Positions 8,695 through 17,850 of a DNA stretch of 64,000 nucleotides are shown one piece after another. The notes under the pieces were generated by a model. It ran no database searches. It worked only from the letters and a program-made list of their open reading frames with translations, and was not told the origin of the DNA. Within the stretch, counting starts at the first letter, position 1, and each line of letters opens with the position of its first letter. Origin of the DNA: a virus; IMG/VR virus record IMGVR_UViG_3300033996_001430, positions 10,837-74,836 of that record; one strand, written 5' to 3'. The translations under genes were made by a program, and so were the position numbers.

Positions 8695-9413
8695 AGGACG
8701 TTTATTATTTTCCAATTACCATCAAAATCTTCCACAAGACAGGTTGAGTTTTCACAGAAATCACCTGAATTCATATAGTCATTCTCTATCTTAGGTTGGT
8801 GAATATGCCCACACACCGCAACATCATATCCCTTCTGTTTTGTTAGACCTTTTGCGTTTTCCTCAAAATCAGATACAAAGTTAATTGCACCTTTTACTGA
8901 TTGTTTTATTGTATTTGCTAATGAATGATATGGTAATTTAAACCACTTTCTTATTTTGTTGTATATTGTATTAAACTTAATCACAATATCATATGACCAT
9001 CCACCAATTACCGCCAACCATCTTGCCTCCATTATAACGAAATCTAATACATCCCCGTGAAAACAAAAATACTTTCTATCATCTATCCCTGTATGTATAT
9101 ACTTCCTTACAATCCTAATGTTGTTTAATTTAAATGGAATGAAATCTTTTAAAAAGTCATCATGGTTTCCCCTTATATAAATTACCTTTGTATTCTTCTC
9201 AGACATCTTCATGAACTTTCTGAATATCTTGGTACAATCCTTTGTCCATTTACCATTACCTTTGAGAGCCCAACCATCTATTATATCACCGTTCAATATT
9301 AGTTTTTCGGTTGTGTTATTATCCAAGAAACTTATTATCTTATCTGTCTGTGATTGTCTTGATCCTAAGTGTAAATCACTCATGATTATCGTTTTCCAAT
9401 TATTCATTCCCAA
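8691..9413 (-). CDS. LpxH-like metallophosphoesterase
   Basis: SDLHLG, NGDIID, GNHD, HGD, GHIH and NSGD motifs. Confidence 0.85.
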   Translation of the reverse strand: MGMNNWKTIIMSDLHLGSRQSQTDKIISFLDNNTTEKLILNGDIIDGWALKGNGKWTKDCTKIFRKFMKMSEKNTKVIYIRGNHDDFLKDFIPFKLNNIRIVRKYIHTGIDDRKYFCFHGDVLDFVIMEARWLAVIGGWSYDIVIKFNTIYNKIRKWFKLPYHSLANTIKQSVKGAINFVSDFEENAKGLTKQKGYDVAVCGHIHQPKIENDYMNSGDFCENSTCLVEDFDGNWKIINVL

Positions 9414-10111
9414 TATCCTTTATCATCCTCAAAATGATTTTTATTATTCCTGTTGAAGAATGAACTAACCATAAGTTTTAACATATACCACACACCTTTC
9501 TGTTTGAACCTTCTTGGACTTGTGAATACCGTTGTATTCATGATATAAAACTTGCTTGGTTTAACTTGTTTGGAGAATAGATAATCCTCAGCAACTCTTG
9601 CGTTTTCATCAAACCCACCGATTGTATTATATACTTCTTTCTTAACCATCATAAACCCACCAAGACAAAATGGTGTTATTGGTTTGAATACCTTTTGTAT
9701 GGTATCAAACAATCTGAATATACTATTATACTCACCCGTTGTTGATCTTACTTTACACGTAATCAAATCTGTGTTATGTAATAAGAACTCTAACATACAA
9801 TTGTTTAATATGTCAAAATCCAATAAGAATATGTCGGCATCCAAAAATAGGACATAAGGTGTTTCCACATTCTTTGCTCCCTTATTTCTTGCAACAGACG
9901 GAAGTCCTCCTGAAATAATCTGTAGATTAAAATAATCTGATCTTCTATTTTCCAAAGAATAGGATGTATAATCATCATCCGATGAATCACAAACAATAAC
10001 TCTAACATCTTGTATTCCCTTTTGAAAGTTTAATAAGGACAACGTTTGTTCTATTATCTTACCCTCGTTCTTACAAGGGATTACAATGGTCAATAAATTT
10101 GATAAATCCAT
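9404..10111 (-). CDS. glycosyltransferase family 2
   Basis: IVIPCKNE, ARNKGA, FLDAD, GGFDE..AED, TSPRR. Confidence 0.9.
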   Translation of the reverse strand: MDLSNLLTIVIPCKNEGKIIEQTLSLLNFQKGIQDVRVIVCDSSDDDYTSYSLENRRSDYFNLQIISGGLPSVARNKGAKNVETPYVLFLDADIFLLDFDILNNCMLEFLLHNTDLITCKVRSTTGEYNSIFRLFDTIQKVFKPITPFCLGGFMMVKKEVYNTIGGFDENARVAEDYLFSKQVKPSKFYIMNTTVFTSPRRFKQKGVWYMLKLMVSSFFNRNNKNHFEDDKGYWE

Positions 10112-10173
10112 AATAATAAGTATAATTCATATTACACTTATTATATAACTTAACAATTTAATAATAAATATTT

Positions 10174-10995
10174 TTATGTAATAAAATTGGTTACGTAACC
10201 TAACGCACCCCAGTGATTAACACCATCTGGAGTATCTGTTGATCCTGGAACAACACCTTTACCTCTAAAGTCTGTTGATCCTGTAATAACATTTTCATTT
10301 GGGACTCCCATAGAAACCGCATCATTTACTGAATCAAATACACTTGATGCCTTAGCGTAAGATTCTACAATAAATAACCTATCTTTGTATTTGATCTCTT
10401 CTGCAATCTGTGAAGAGTATTTACACGCAGCACTAAATAAAACAACATAAGACTCAGGGTTTTTTCTAATAGCATCTAATACTCCCTGTAAATTGTTATA
10501 CCTAAAACCTATAATATTTTTATTTGGTAATTTATTTTTTAATACTTCAACTTGTTGGTCTATATTAAGATCACCAGGTCTTGTATCTAAACCACCCATT
10601 AATATAACATCACCACTTGAGACATTGGTTTGTGAATCATCTTCTTTCTCAGGTTCGTCAACTTTTTTAATTATATCAATTGATTTAGAGTCAGTTTTAC
10701 AAAAATCAGGTGTAACCCACTCAACTTTTCTATCCTCCAAATCTTTTAATTTACCTTTTGTTATATCCCCAACAATCCCGTCACTATCAATTTCCATTGC
10801 TTTTTGGAACTCTTGGACACAGGATTTTGTTTGTCTACCAAATTCACCATCTTTATGAATACCTAATAATTCTTGTAGTAATTCAACCTCATCACCGCTT
10901 GACCCTATTTTTAAGATAGATGTTATATCTGATACGGATTCAGTTATGATCCCCATCATTTCTTTAATTCTTTGTATGTTTTCTTTTAGGTTCAT
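10174..10995 (-). CDS. peptidoglycan-binding protein with C-terminal alpha/beta domain, with leader
   Basis: GSSGDEVELLQ..DGEFGRQT..FQ..DGIVG; MNLKENIQRIKEMMG. Confidence 0.75.
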   Translation of the reverse strand: MNLKENIQRIKEMMGIITESVSDITSILKIGSSGDEVELLQELLGIHKDGEFGRQTKSCVQEFQKAMEIDSDGIVGDITKGKLKDLEDRKVEWVTPDFCKTDSKSIDIIKKVDEPEKEDDSQTNVSSGDVILMGGLDTRPGDLNIDQQVEVLKNKLPNKNIIGFRYNNLQGVLDAIRKNPESYVVLFSAACKYSSQIAEEIKYKDRLFIVESYAKASSVFDSVNDAVSMGVPNENVITGSTDFRGKGVVPGSTDTPDGVNHWGALGYVTNFIT

Positions 10996-11017
10996 ATATT
11001 ATAAATATATTAAAAAC

Positions 11018-11050
11018 AAAAAAGGAAATCTAAAATAGACTTCCTTTTTT
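11018..11050. terminator. bidirectional intrinsic terminator
   Basis: AAAAAAGGAA..TCTA/TAGA..TTCCTTTTTT. Confidence 0.65.
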
Positions 11051-11058
11051 GTAATAAG

Positions 11059-11118
11059 TGTGTATAACAAATGATAAACAACATTAAAACGATTGTTTAT
11101 CATCGGACGTTATGTGTA
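11059..11118. repeat. attC-like palindrome
   Basis: GTATAAC..ATGATAAACAA/TTGTTTATCAT..GTTATGT. Confidence 0.5.
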
Positions 11119-11186
11119 AGTGTTCTGTTCATCGTTCTAATCAACATTTCAGTTGAAAATTTTAAAAGAAAAATCCCACCCACATT

Positions 11187-11777
11187 TTATAACAATCCGT
11201 CTTTTATTATGTTTTCTTTTGGTATGTGTGGTATTTTATTTGATAAAACTAAAACTTCTTCTTCATCCCTAAATCTATTTTCGTCTAATCCAATATAATC
11301 TATGACATTATTTATATCAAATAAAACATCATCATTATTTACATTAAATTTAAACACAATATAATATTTATATCTTCTTTTTGATGTTTTCAATAAAACT
11401 GATTTTATTCCCTTTAATGATTTTGAACAAGCATAATATTTTTGATTTTCCAAAACATCAAACCCATTTTTTAAAACCTTTTCATACAAAGTTTTGCTTT
11501 TAGTTTGAAATACTCTATATAAAACACCTTCATATTTTAATTCTTGTGGTATATTTCCTTTAAAATAATTTATAAAAATATCAATGTTTTCAACACTGTC
11601 CAATATAGTTCCACCATCTAAATGATAAAGTAATTTATCCTTAAAAATATTTTTGTTTTCGTTTAAGAACTCCTTAAAATTCTTAACTTTATCAATCATT
11701 TGTCTTATTTCTTTGCTCATAATTTTATCTTTAGTTTCTTCCCTTAATATTCTTTGTATGTTTTCAAATAAATTCAT
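11187..11777 (-). CDS. putative ADP-ribosyltransferase-fold protein with two tandem leaders
   Basis: LYRV, ACSKS and DEEEVLV (R-S-ExE pattern); MNLFENIQRILREE followed by MSKEIRQ..FLNE. Confidence 0.55.
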   Translation of the reverse strand: MNLFENIQRILREETKDKIMSKEIRQMIDKVKNFKEFLNENKNIFKDKLLYHLDGGTILDSVENIDIFINYFKGNIPQELKYEGVLYRVFQTKSKTLYEKVLKNGFDVLENQKYYACSKSLKGIKSVLLKTSKRRYKYYIVFKFNVNNDDVLFDINNVIDYIGLDENRFRDEEEVLVLSNKIPHIPKENIIKDGLL

Positions 11778-11781
11778 ATTT

Positions 11782-12426
11782 TTAAAATTCAATAGTAATT
11801 GTGTTAGGAAGTTTACTTAAACGATTAAAATGCTCCTCACAACTTTTACGATTATTGTCATTGTCGTCGTATCTGTCATCAATGGTCATAACAATAATAT
11901 CCACACCTTTGAAGGTATTTCGTAATTTCTTTTGAATAAATGATTCGTACTTATCCATAGTATATTTTATTTTAGTTACAATTGCAACCAAATAAAGTTT
12001 ATTTCTACCTACGGTAACTGAAACAAAACAAGGTTTATAATTTGACCTACTTAAATATTCACCACTCACTCCATCAATATATTCAGCAATAAATTCAATT
12101 TTTTTTAGGTCTGATGGTTTAACATCTTTATCTTCAGATTCATTTATATATTCATCACAACTTAATTGTGCGTTTTCAAAGTAATCCAAAAACTCCTCAA
12201 AATATCTTTCTCTTATTAAATGATGCAGATCAATTGCAATATTATCATCCTCTAAATTGTTATTATTTACAAAGTTTTCTACCACCCAATTAGTTATCTC
12301 CCTGAAGTATATATAAAACTTATCTTCATCGTAATCACAAGGTGTTACTTCATGGTAAACCTCATCAATAAGATCATCAATTTGTTTCAGTCTTCTAAGT
12401 AAAAATGGATTAAAACGGTCTTTCAT
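11782..12426 (-). CDS. hypothetical protein with RR..PCDY domain
   Basis: LRRLKQID..TPCDY; internal YINES; TATTTATA 4 nt upstream. Confidence 0.75.
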   Translation of the reverse strand: MKDRFNPFLLRRLKQIDDLIDEVYHEVTPCDYDEDKFYIYFREITNWVVENFVNNNNLEDDNIAIDLHHLIRERYFEEFLDYFENAQLSCDEYINESEDKDVKPSDLKKIEFIAEYIDGVSGEYLSRSNYKPCFVSVTVGRNKLYLVAIVTKIKYTMDKYESFIQKKLRNTFKGVDIIVMTIDDRYDDNDNNRKSCEEHFNRLSKLPNTITIEF

Positions 12427-12504
12427 ATAGTATAAATATATTTAAAAATTGTTTTAACGAAATAGTAATTGATTATCTCATATGTGATTGGTATTATTGT
12501 ATTT

Positions 12505-12879
12505 ATGAACCTTGAAAAACAATTTCATTTATTCCAAGATTTCTTAATTGAAATGAGTAATGGTGCAATATCTCACGTTAGGTCAATTAATCTTAAAAAA
12601 CTTGATAAACCAATATTAAGATATGAACTTGACCGTACCACTGTTAGTAGACCTGTTAGTAGAGAGTCATTTAATTATGAAGATTTGGATATGAGGGCTC
12701 ACGTTACGGAATACATATTAACAATTGATATTATTGCTAAATGTAATATAGATAAAATATGGTGCGATGATTTGGTTAATATGTTTCGTGGAACATTTAG
12801 TTCTTTAATACCAGCAAAATGTAAGATTGATATAATACCGTTAACTAATGAACCTACCCCAAGAAATTGGTTAGCTTAA
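12505..12879 (+). CDS. hypothetical protein (start revised to MNLEKQF)
   Basis: ORF fills gap; track start is a non-ATG codon. Confidence 0.65.
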   Translation: MNLEKQFHLFQDFLIEMSNGAISHVRSINLKKLDKPILRYELDRTTVSRPVSRESFNYEDLDMRAHVTEYILTIDIIAKCNIDKIWCDDLVNMFRGTFSSLIPAKCKIDIIPLTNEPTPRNWLA

Positions 12880-13430
12880 CCCCATTGAATATGTATGTCA
12901 TCAAATTCTATTCCAAATGAATGTGCGGTACTTTGAACAAAATCATTAATCATGTCTTTTATCTCAACATCTAATTCCCACCAAAGTTCTTCAGTTATTG
13001 ATTCATGATCAGTTAAATCATATTCCATACCATTTGTTATTAATGTAACACTACCGTGAGTAATATCAAAATCAACAAATATTTCAACTTGATTATTTTC
13101 TTCTCTTACAAAAACACTTGGAAATTTAAATGAAAAATCATATCCACCTGTATAAACACCAGCATCTTCCATGTCATCAGTACTGAACTCCTCTCTATTG
13201 GTCAGATATCTTTCAAACTCTTTTCTCAGGTCATATACATTACCCATATATTCTCTATAATAACCTAATATATCCTTTGCTTTACTACGAAAACCAAGTT
13301 TTTTTACCATTACTGGGTTGAATCTTGGTACCTCACCTAAAGATTTTTGTTCATCCCAAAGATCAAAGAAATATTTCTTCACAGGATTAACCTTTTCTTC
13401 CATCAATATTTTCCTGATAAGATCTCTCAT
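12876..13430 (-). CDS. leader-bearing hypothetical protein, paralog of 13655-14245
   Basis: MRDLIRKILMEEKVNPVKKYFFDLWD. Confidence 0.8.
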   Translation of the reverse strand: MRDLIRKILMEEKVNPVKKYFFDLWDEQKSLGEVPRFNPVMVKKLGFRSKAKDILGYYREYMGNVYDLRKEFERYLTNREEFSTDDMEDAGVYTGGYDFSFKFPSVFVREENNQVEIFVDFDITHGSVTLITNGMEYDLTDHESITEELWWELDVEIKDMINDFVQSTAHSFGIEFDDIHIQWG

Positions 13431-13454
13431 ATAAAATATAAATATCACATAAAA

Positions 13455-13481
13455 ACAAAACCTGAGACGTAGTTCCTCAGG
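13455..13481 (-). terminator. intrinsic terminator
   Basis: CCTGAG/CTCAGG stem plus T tract. Confidence 0.6.
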
Positions 13482-13490
13482 TCAATGGTA

Positions 13491-13631
13491 TTAATCCACA
13501 TTCTTATGTTTTTTCTTACGAGTGTAACATTTCTTACTCTTTTGAACAATAGGTCTTGTCGCAGCCCATATCTCTTGAATTGTAATCTCAATAGTTTTCA
13601 TCTTTCCGTATGTTTGAATATTGTTTGACAT
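13491..13631 (-). CDS. small basic protein (46 aa, not in ORF track)
   Basis: MSNNIQTYGKMKTIEI..YTRKKKHK; own TATATTTG promoter and terminator. Confidence 0.65.
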   Translation of the reverse strand: MSNNIQTYGKMKTIEITIQEIWAATRPIVQKSKKCYTRKKKHKNVD

Positions 13632-13654
13632 AATTAATTATACAAATATACAAA

Positions 13655-14245
13655 TTATTTTAATATATCCACATCAGCATCAGTAATTTCTGTACCATAT
13701 TTTATTGCGAAGTCAATAATAAATGATTGAACTATTGTTTTAATCTCATCCTGTACATCAAAATAAGTAGACATATCATCTATTTCATTATTACCCCTTG
13801 AAATGTTGTACCTTACCTGAGTATATTCATCTTGATCTTCATCATATTCGTCTAAATTTATATAACCTTCAAGTATATCAACATCAGCCTCAATGTTTTT
13901 ATCTCCAAATATATATTTATCAACACGAACATTACTTAACTTAAACGTGAATATTAAATCTTCATCACCCCATTGTCTTCTAAAACTAAGGTCATCAGAA
14001 TGAAATACCTGAGACGATAAAAAATCCAATAAATTCTCTTCACCAACACTTTCCCCACCAATGTATTCAGTATAGTAATCACTTATCTCTATTGATCGTT
14101 TTCTAAAACCAAGTTTACCAATCAAACTATAATCAATAGTCGGATATTCACCATTAGATCTCATTTCATCCCAATGATCAAAGAAGAACTTTTTGATTGG
14201 GTTCATCTTTTCTTCTTTTAATATTTTTCTAATTAACTCTTTCAT
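13655..14245 (-). CDS. leader-bearing hypothetical protein
   Basis: MKELIRKILKEEKMNPIKKFFFDHWD. Confidence 0.8.
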   Translation of the reverse strand: MKELIRKILKEEKMNPIKKFFFDHWDEMRSNGEYPTIDYSLIGKLGFRKRSIEISDYYTEYIGGESVGEENLLDFLSSQVFHSDDLSFRRQWGDEDLIFTFKLSNVRVDKYIFGDKNIEADVDILEGYINLDEYDEDQDEYTQVRYNISRGNNEIDDMSTYFDVQDEIKTIVQSFIIDFAIKYGTEITDADVDILK

Positions 14246-14261
14246 TATTCCATAAATATAG

Positions 14262-14393
14262 TTAAAAATACTCTACTATCGTATATTCTATAATATTTCC
14301 ATAGGTGTTAATCCAATCAATACATTCCTGTTGTGTTGCGTTTTCCAACATGATATCCCTTGTTGATATTTCTATTACGTTATAAGTTTCCAT
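14262..14393 (-). CDS. small hypothetical protein (43 aa, not in ORF track)
   Basis: METYNVIEISTRDIMLENATQQECIDWI..; starts 1 nt after upstream stop. Confidence 0.55.
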   Translation of the reverse strand: METYNVIEISTRDIMLENATQQECIDWINTYGNIIEYTIVEYF

Positions 14394-14394
14394 A

Positions 14395-15294
14395 TTAACT
14401 AAATGTTAAAGTTATTGTTTGTGATGGAGCACCAACCGTAGATTGATTTGTTCCACCCCAGTTTGCATTATTAATCATAGGTCTAAGTGCGTATGTACTA
14501 CTCGCAGTACAACTACCAACATTTGAGAACTCAACCGCAACACCACCAATTTTAGGGGTACCACAACCTGTCCCAACAAACCAAACATTGGCTCCGATTG
14601 TAACATTTCCAACAGTTGCAGTTCTTAAGTTATTTGCAAGAGTTTGTACTTTTGTTGGGTCGGAAACCGTTATTGAACTTCCATTGGTACTTGACCAAAC
14701 AAATTGTGTATATGTGGTACCAGTTAATTGACTTCTAAATGTATTCCAAGCAGTTTCCATAGCTGACGTTGGCGCAACTCCTTGAGTAAATGCCTGAAAG
14801 AATGTAACACCACTAGCTGGCACTGACGAAGTTGTAGGTGTTGGTGTCGGTGTACTTGTTAAGGTTTGTGTTGGTGTTTGCGTAGGTGTTTGAGTTGGTG
14901 TTTGAGTTTGTGTAGGCGTAGGTGTTGGGGTTAGAACAACAACCCATGAACTCCAAAAACCTAACGATTCCAAATAATACTTACAATCATTCCCATTTGT
15001 AAAACTTTGTCCATAAACACCATTAACTAAATCAACAAATGATTGTTCTGTCTTAAGTTTAGATCTATAAAATCTAACATAAGCAGGTACGTTATCAGGA
15101 TTAGGTTGATTACCACTAAGGTTAGGTCTACATATAACATAACCCAAATCTTCATCAGGACCTTCCCACCATCTAACACCACCAATTCCACCTGTATAAT
15201 CTAACGGATCAACACCAATAGCTAAGTCACCAACTTGGTCGGTGCCAGGTATTAATGACCCTGTATTATATGCAAATGGTCTTGATGTTGGCAT
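14395..15294 (-). CDS. putative virion or fibre-like protein with Thr-Pro linker
   Basis: two Gly/Thr-rich domains joined by (TP/TQ)n. Confidence 0.6.
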   Translation of the reverse strand: MPTSRPFAYNTGSLIPGTDQVGDLAIGVDPLDYTGGIGGVRWWEGPDEDLGYVICRPNLSGNQPNPDNVPAYVRFYRSKLKTEQSFVDLVNGVYGQSFTNGNDCKYYLESLGFWSSWVVVLTPTPTPTQTQTPTQTPTQTPTQTLTSTPTPTPTTSSVPASGVTFFQAFTQGVAPTSAMETAWNTFRSQLTGTTYTQFVWSSTNGSSITVSDPTKVQTLANNLRTATVGNVTIGANVWFVGTGCGTPKIGGVAVEFSNVGSCTASSTYALRPMINNANWGGTNQSTVGAPSQTITLTFS

Positions 15295-16097
15295 TATCTA
15301 TTGTATGGTCTAAACCTCATTGGGTTTGCCTTAATTGCGGATTTAGGAAATCTTAATTTAGATCCCTGTTGTCTTGCATTTTTTAGTGTCCTTGCGTATT
15401 CCCACATTTCTCGTTTATTACTATTCTCCTGTTCTTTAATATTAAAGATAAAATGTATTCTCCACTTATTAATTATTCTATCCGCAATAAGATAAATAAA
15501 ATCATCATAATCAATCCATTCTGATATACTATTAAAAGTTAAATTTAAATCAACTTCAAACATTGGAATGGTACTTATACCTTTTCTTCTTTCTATATTT
15601 ACAATACTTATTTTATCTATAGTATCAACAACATCGCAAGCTGAAGGTCTATAACCTTCCTCATCAGATAGCCATTCAGGAAAATCGTTGGTATCCAGTT
15701 CTTCACAATTATGTTTAATTTCCTCTAACGTTTCGTCAACAATGTCTTGGAATGTTTCCGTCATTGTTTCTTTACTTAACTTGTTATTTATAGATTCGTT
15801 TATACCACCTCTACTTTTTCTTTCGTCATAATAATAACCCTTAAGTAATGAATCGTAAGTTTTAATCATATAGTCAATAAAATTATCCACATCATCCTGA
15901 GGTTGATCTTCAATTTCAATATTATATTTGTAATGTATATAATTTTCTAGTGTCGCCTTAACTAATTTATATTTAAATTCTTCAAGACTTTTTGATTCAA
16001 AATAAATATAACCGATACCTTTCCTCATCATTTTTTCAAACTTATGATGGTCAATTCTTCTTTTAAAGAATGGTGATAAATTGTAATCTTCTGACAT
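15294..16097 (-). CDS. two-domain hypothetical protein (start revised to MSEDYNL)
   Basis: TATTTAT upstream; FFKRRID and internal GINES. Confidence 0.75.
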   Translation of the reverse strand: MSEDYNLSPFFKRRIDHHKFEKMMRKGIGYIYFESKSLEEFKYKLVKATLENYIHYKYNIEIEDQPQDDVDNFIDYMIKTYDSLLKGYYYDERKSRGGINESINNKLSKETMTETFQDIVDETLEEIKHNCEELDTNDFPEWLSDEEGYRPSACDVVDTIDKISIVNIERRKGISTIPMFEVDLNLTFNSISEWIDYDDFIYLIADRIINKWRIHFIFNIKEQENSNKREMWEYARTLKNARQQGSKLRFPKSAIKANPMRFRPYNR

Positions 16098-16189
16098 ATA
16101 ATGATAAATACCAGTTAAATCAAAAAACATTTTGCCCATTGATAGTTCTTTTATTTTGTAAAGTCAAATGTTTTCACTATCTTTGAAGT

Positions 16190-16534
16190 ATGAAAGATAT
16201 GAAAATTAAAGATATTGTGATGAAAGTTATTGACGTGTTGTACAACATCGTCGTTGGTGTATTAACTATGTTAGGTAAGGTGATTGTATTCTTGATCACA
16301 CTTGCTCAGTCAAGTAGTATTGAAAAGTCAAAGTCCGCAGTTGACTTTATCTTCTCAGATGTTAAACCTAAAGTTAAATCAACTGTAAATAACAGTTCAA
16401 CAATTAATGTTGAGCCTAAAAACAAACGTCAAGAACTTGAGGATAGCCTTCGTTATTTAAAGTCCAAAGTTAAAAAAACCGTTCAAGATAAAAATAACAT
16501 TGGAGTTATTGAATCCGTTCTTAAAAATATGTAA
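16190..16534 (+). CDS. membrane-anchored hypothetical protein
   Basis: N-terminal hydrophobic helix; TATCTTTG 4 nt upstream. Confidence 0.75.
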   Translation: MKDMKIKDIVMKVIDVLYNIVVGVLTMLGKVIVFLITLAQSSSIEKSKSAVDFIFSDVKPKVKSTVNNSSTINVEPKNKRQELEDSLRYLKSKVKKTVQDKNNIGVIESVLKNM

Positions 16535-16548
16535 CGGTAATACTTTTA

Positions 16549-16788
16549 TCAAATGTGTTTAATGTTTTTTGTTATATTAGTAAACCAATTTGGACCATAC
16601 TTATCTTTGTAATAATTATTGTTTTGTCCTCGTTTACTTTCTTTATCATAAAACCCACTTAAATATGCTCTATTAACAATATTTTCTTCAACAGATTTTA
16701 GATTATTTAATTTTTCTACAATCTGATCGTTAGTTGGGTTCTCCTCTTGAATAAATTTGATAAGTGCATCTACTGGTGTTTTTTCCAT
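16549..16788 (-). CDS. hypothetical protein (start revised to MEKTPVD)
   Basis: TATTTATA upstream. Confidence 0.7.
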   Translation of the reverse strand: MEKTPVDALIKFIQEENPTNDQIVEKLNNLKSVEENIVNRAYLSGFYDKESKRGQNNNYYKDKYGPNWFTNITKNIKHI

Positions 16789-16792
16789 AATA

Positions 16793-17041
16793 TTATAAAT
16801 AAGTATCTTCAACAAAAATTGGTGTTTTCTCACCCACATAAGCCCCAACAATATTATAGTAATAATGTTCAAGAGCGTCTTCCTCAGTCATATCCTCACT
16901 CATTAGTATTTCAATTACTTTTGATTTGGAATACACTAACCTCATACTATTCTCTTCTATCCCTATGATACCATCATCAAGACCATCAGCCTTTAATATT
17001 TCCTCATCAGGATAATTCTCAACTATCTGATCAAGTATCAT
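16793..17041 (-). CDS. conserved hypothetical phage protein
   Basis: ADGLDDGIIG..VYS..YNIVGAYVGEKTP. Confidence 0.75.
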   Translation of the reverse strand: MILDQIVENYPDEEILKADGLDDGIIGIEENSMRLVYSKSKVIEILMSEDMTEEDALEHYYYNIVGAYVGEKTPIFVEDTYL

Positions 17042-17244
17042 TTTCTTCTCCCTCTTATTTTTTGAAAGAAACTAACATATATAGTTGCAATCAAAATATA
17101 TAATGTCGCACTAATCCACAATGGAGCAGTTACCCACCACCAAGACCAATCAATATAATTTGTAAGTTTTAGGACTAAGAATATTAAAAATAGAATGGTT
17201 CCTAAACCCATTCCTCCACCTGTGTTACTACTTTTATTTCCCAT
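17038..17244 (-). CDS. small membrane protein (LKL..IDWSWWWV..PLW family)
   Basis: motif common in phage membrane proteins. Confidence 0.75.
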   Translation of the reverse strand: MGNKSSNTGGGMGLGTILFLIFLVLKLTNYIDWSWWWVTAPLWISATLYILIATIYVSFFQKIRGRRK

Positions 17245-17271
17245 ATTTTAATTATATGGGTTTTGATTTAA

Positions 17272-17850
17272 TTAGTCAATATAGTCAGGATCATTTTCTG
17301 ATAACCATTCAAACATTTCCAATCTACATTCTTCTAACCAATCAGTACAGGTATCAATAATACTATCGTAGTAGTTTGAATTAAACCAATCTAATAACTC
17401 GGATATTTTATAAAACTCAAAATTAATCTCAACAGGATAATATAATTGTGGATCATTTTCATAATTACGATTCCAATTATTATAAAAAATCAAATTTATT
17501 GGTAAAATATCACTACCATCCCAAAACATAGTTGCGTAACCGCCCATACTTTCTTTACTTTTTTTAAATGTAATTTCAAAAGTCCAAGATCCCACCATGC
17601 TATCAATATCAAGTTTAACATCAACACCCTTATTACTAAAAGTTCTTGGTAAAACTTTCTTTTTAAAAATATAATAACTTAATATATCATTACACTCTTC
17701 GTTAGTAAATGGTGTTGTTTTTTGAAACATTATATCAGCCAACTTAATAGGAAACTTATATCTTTTTAATGTTTCTATTAGACCAAACTCCTCAACAGAT
17801 TGATCAACCTCATGTTTAATATTATCAATATTTGATTCACTAATAATCAT
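17272..17850 (-). CDS. leader-bearing hypothetical protein
   Basis: MIISES; translationally coupled to upstream gene. Confidence 0.75.
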   Translation of the reverse strand: MIISESNIDNIKHEVDQSVEEFGLIETLKRYKFPIKLADIMFQKTTPFTNEECNDILSYYIFKKKVLPRTFSNKGVDVKLDIDSMVGSWTFEITFKKSKESMGGYATMFWDGSDILPINLIFYNNWNRNYENDPQLYYPVEINFEFYKISELLDWFNSNYYDSIIDTCTDWLEECRLEMFEWLSENDPDYID

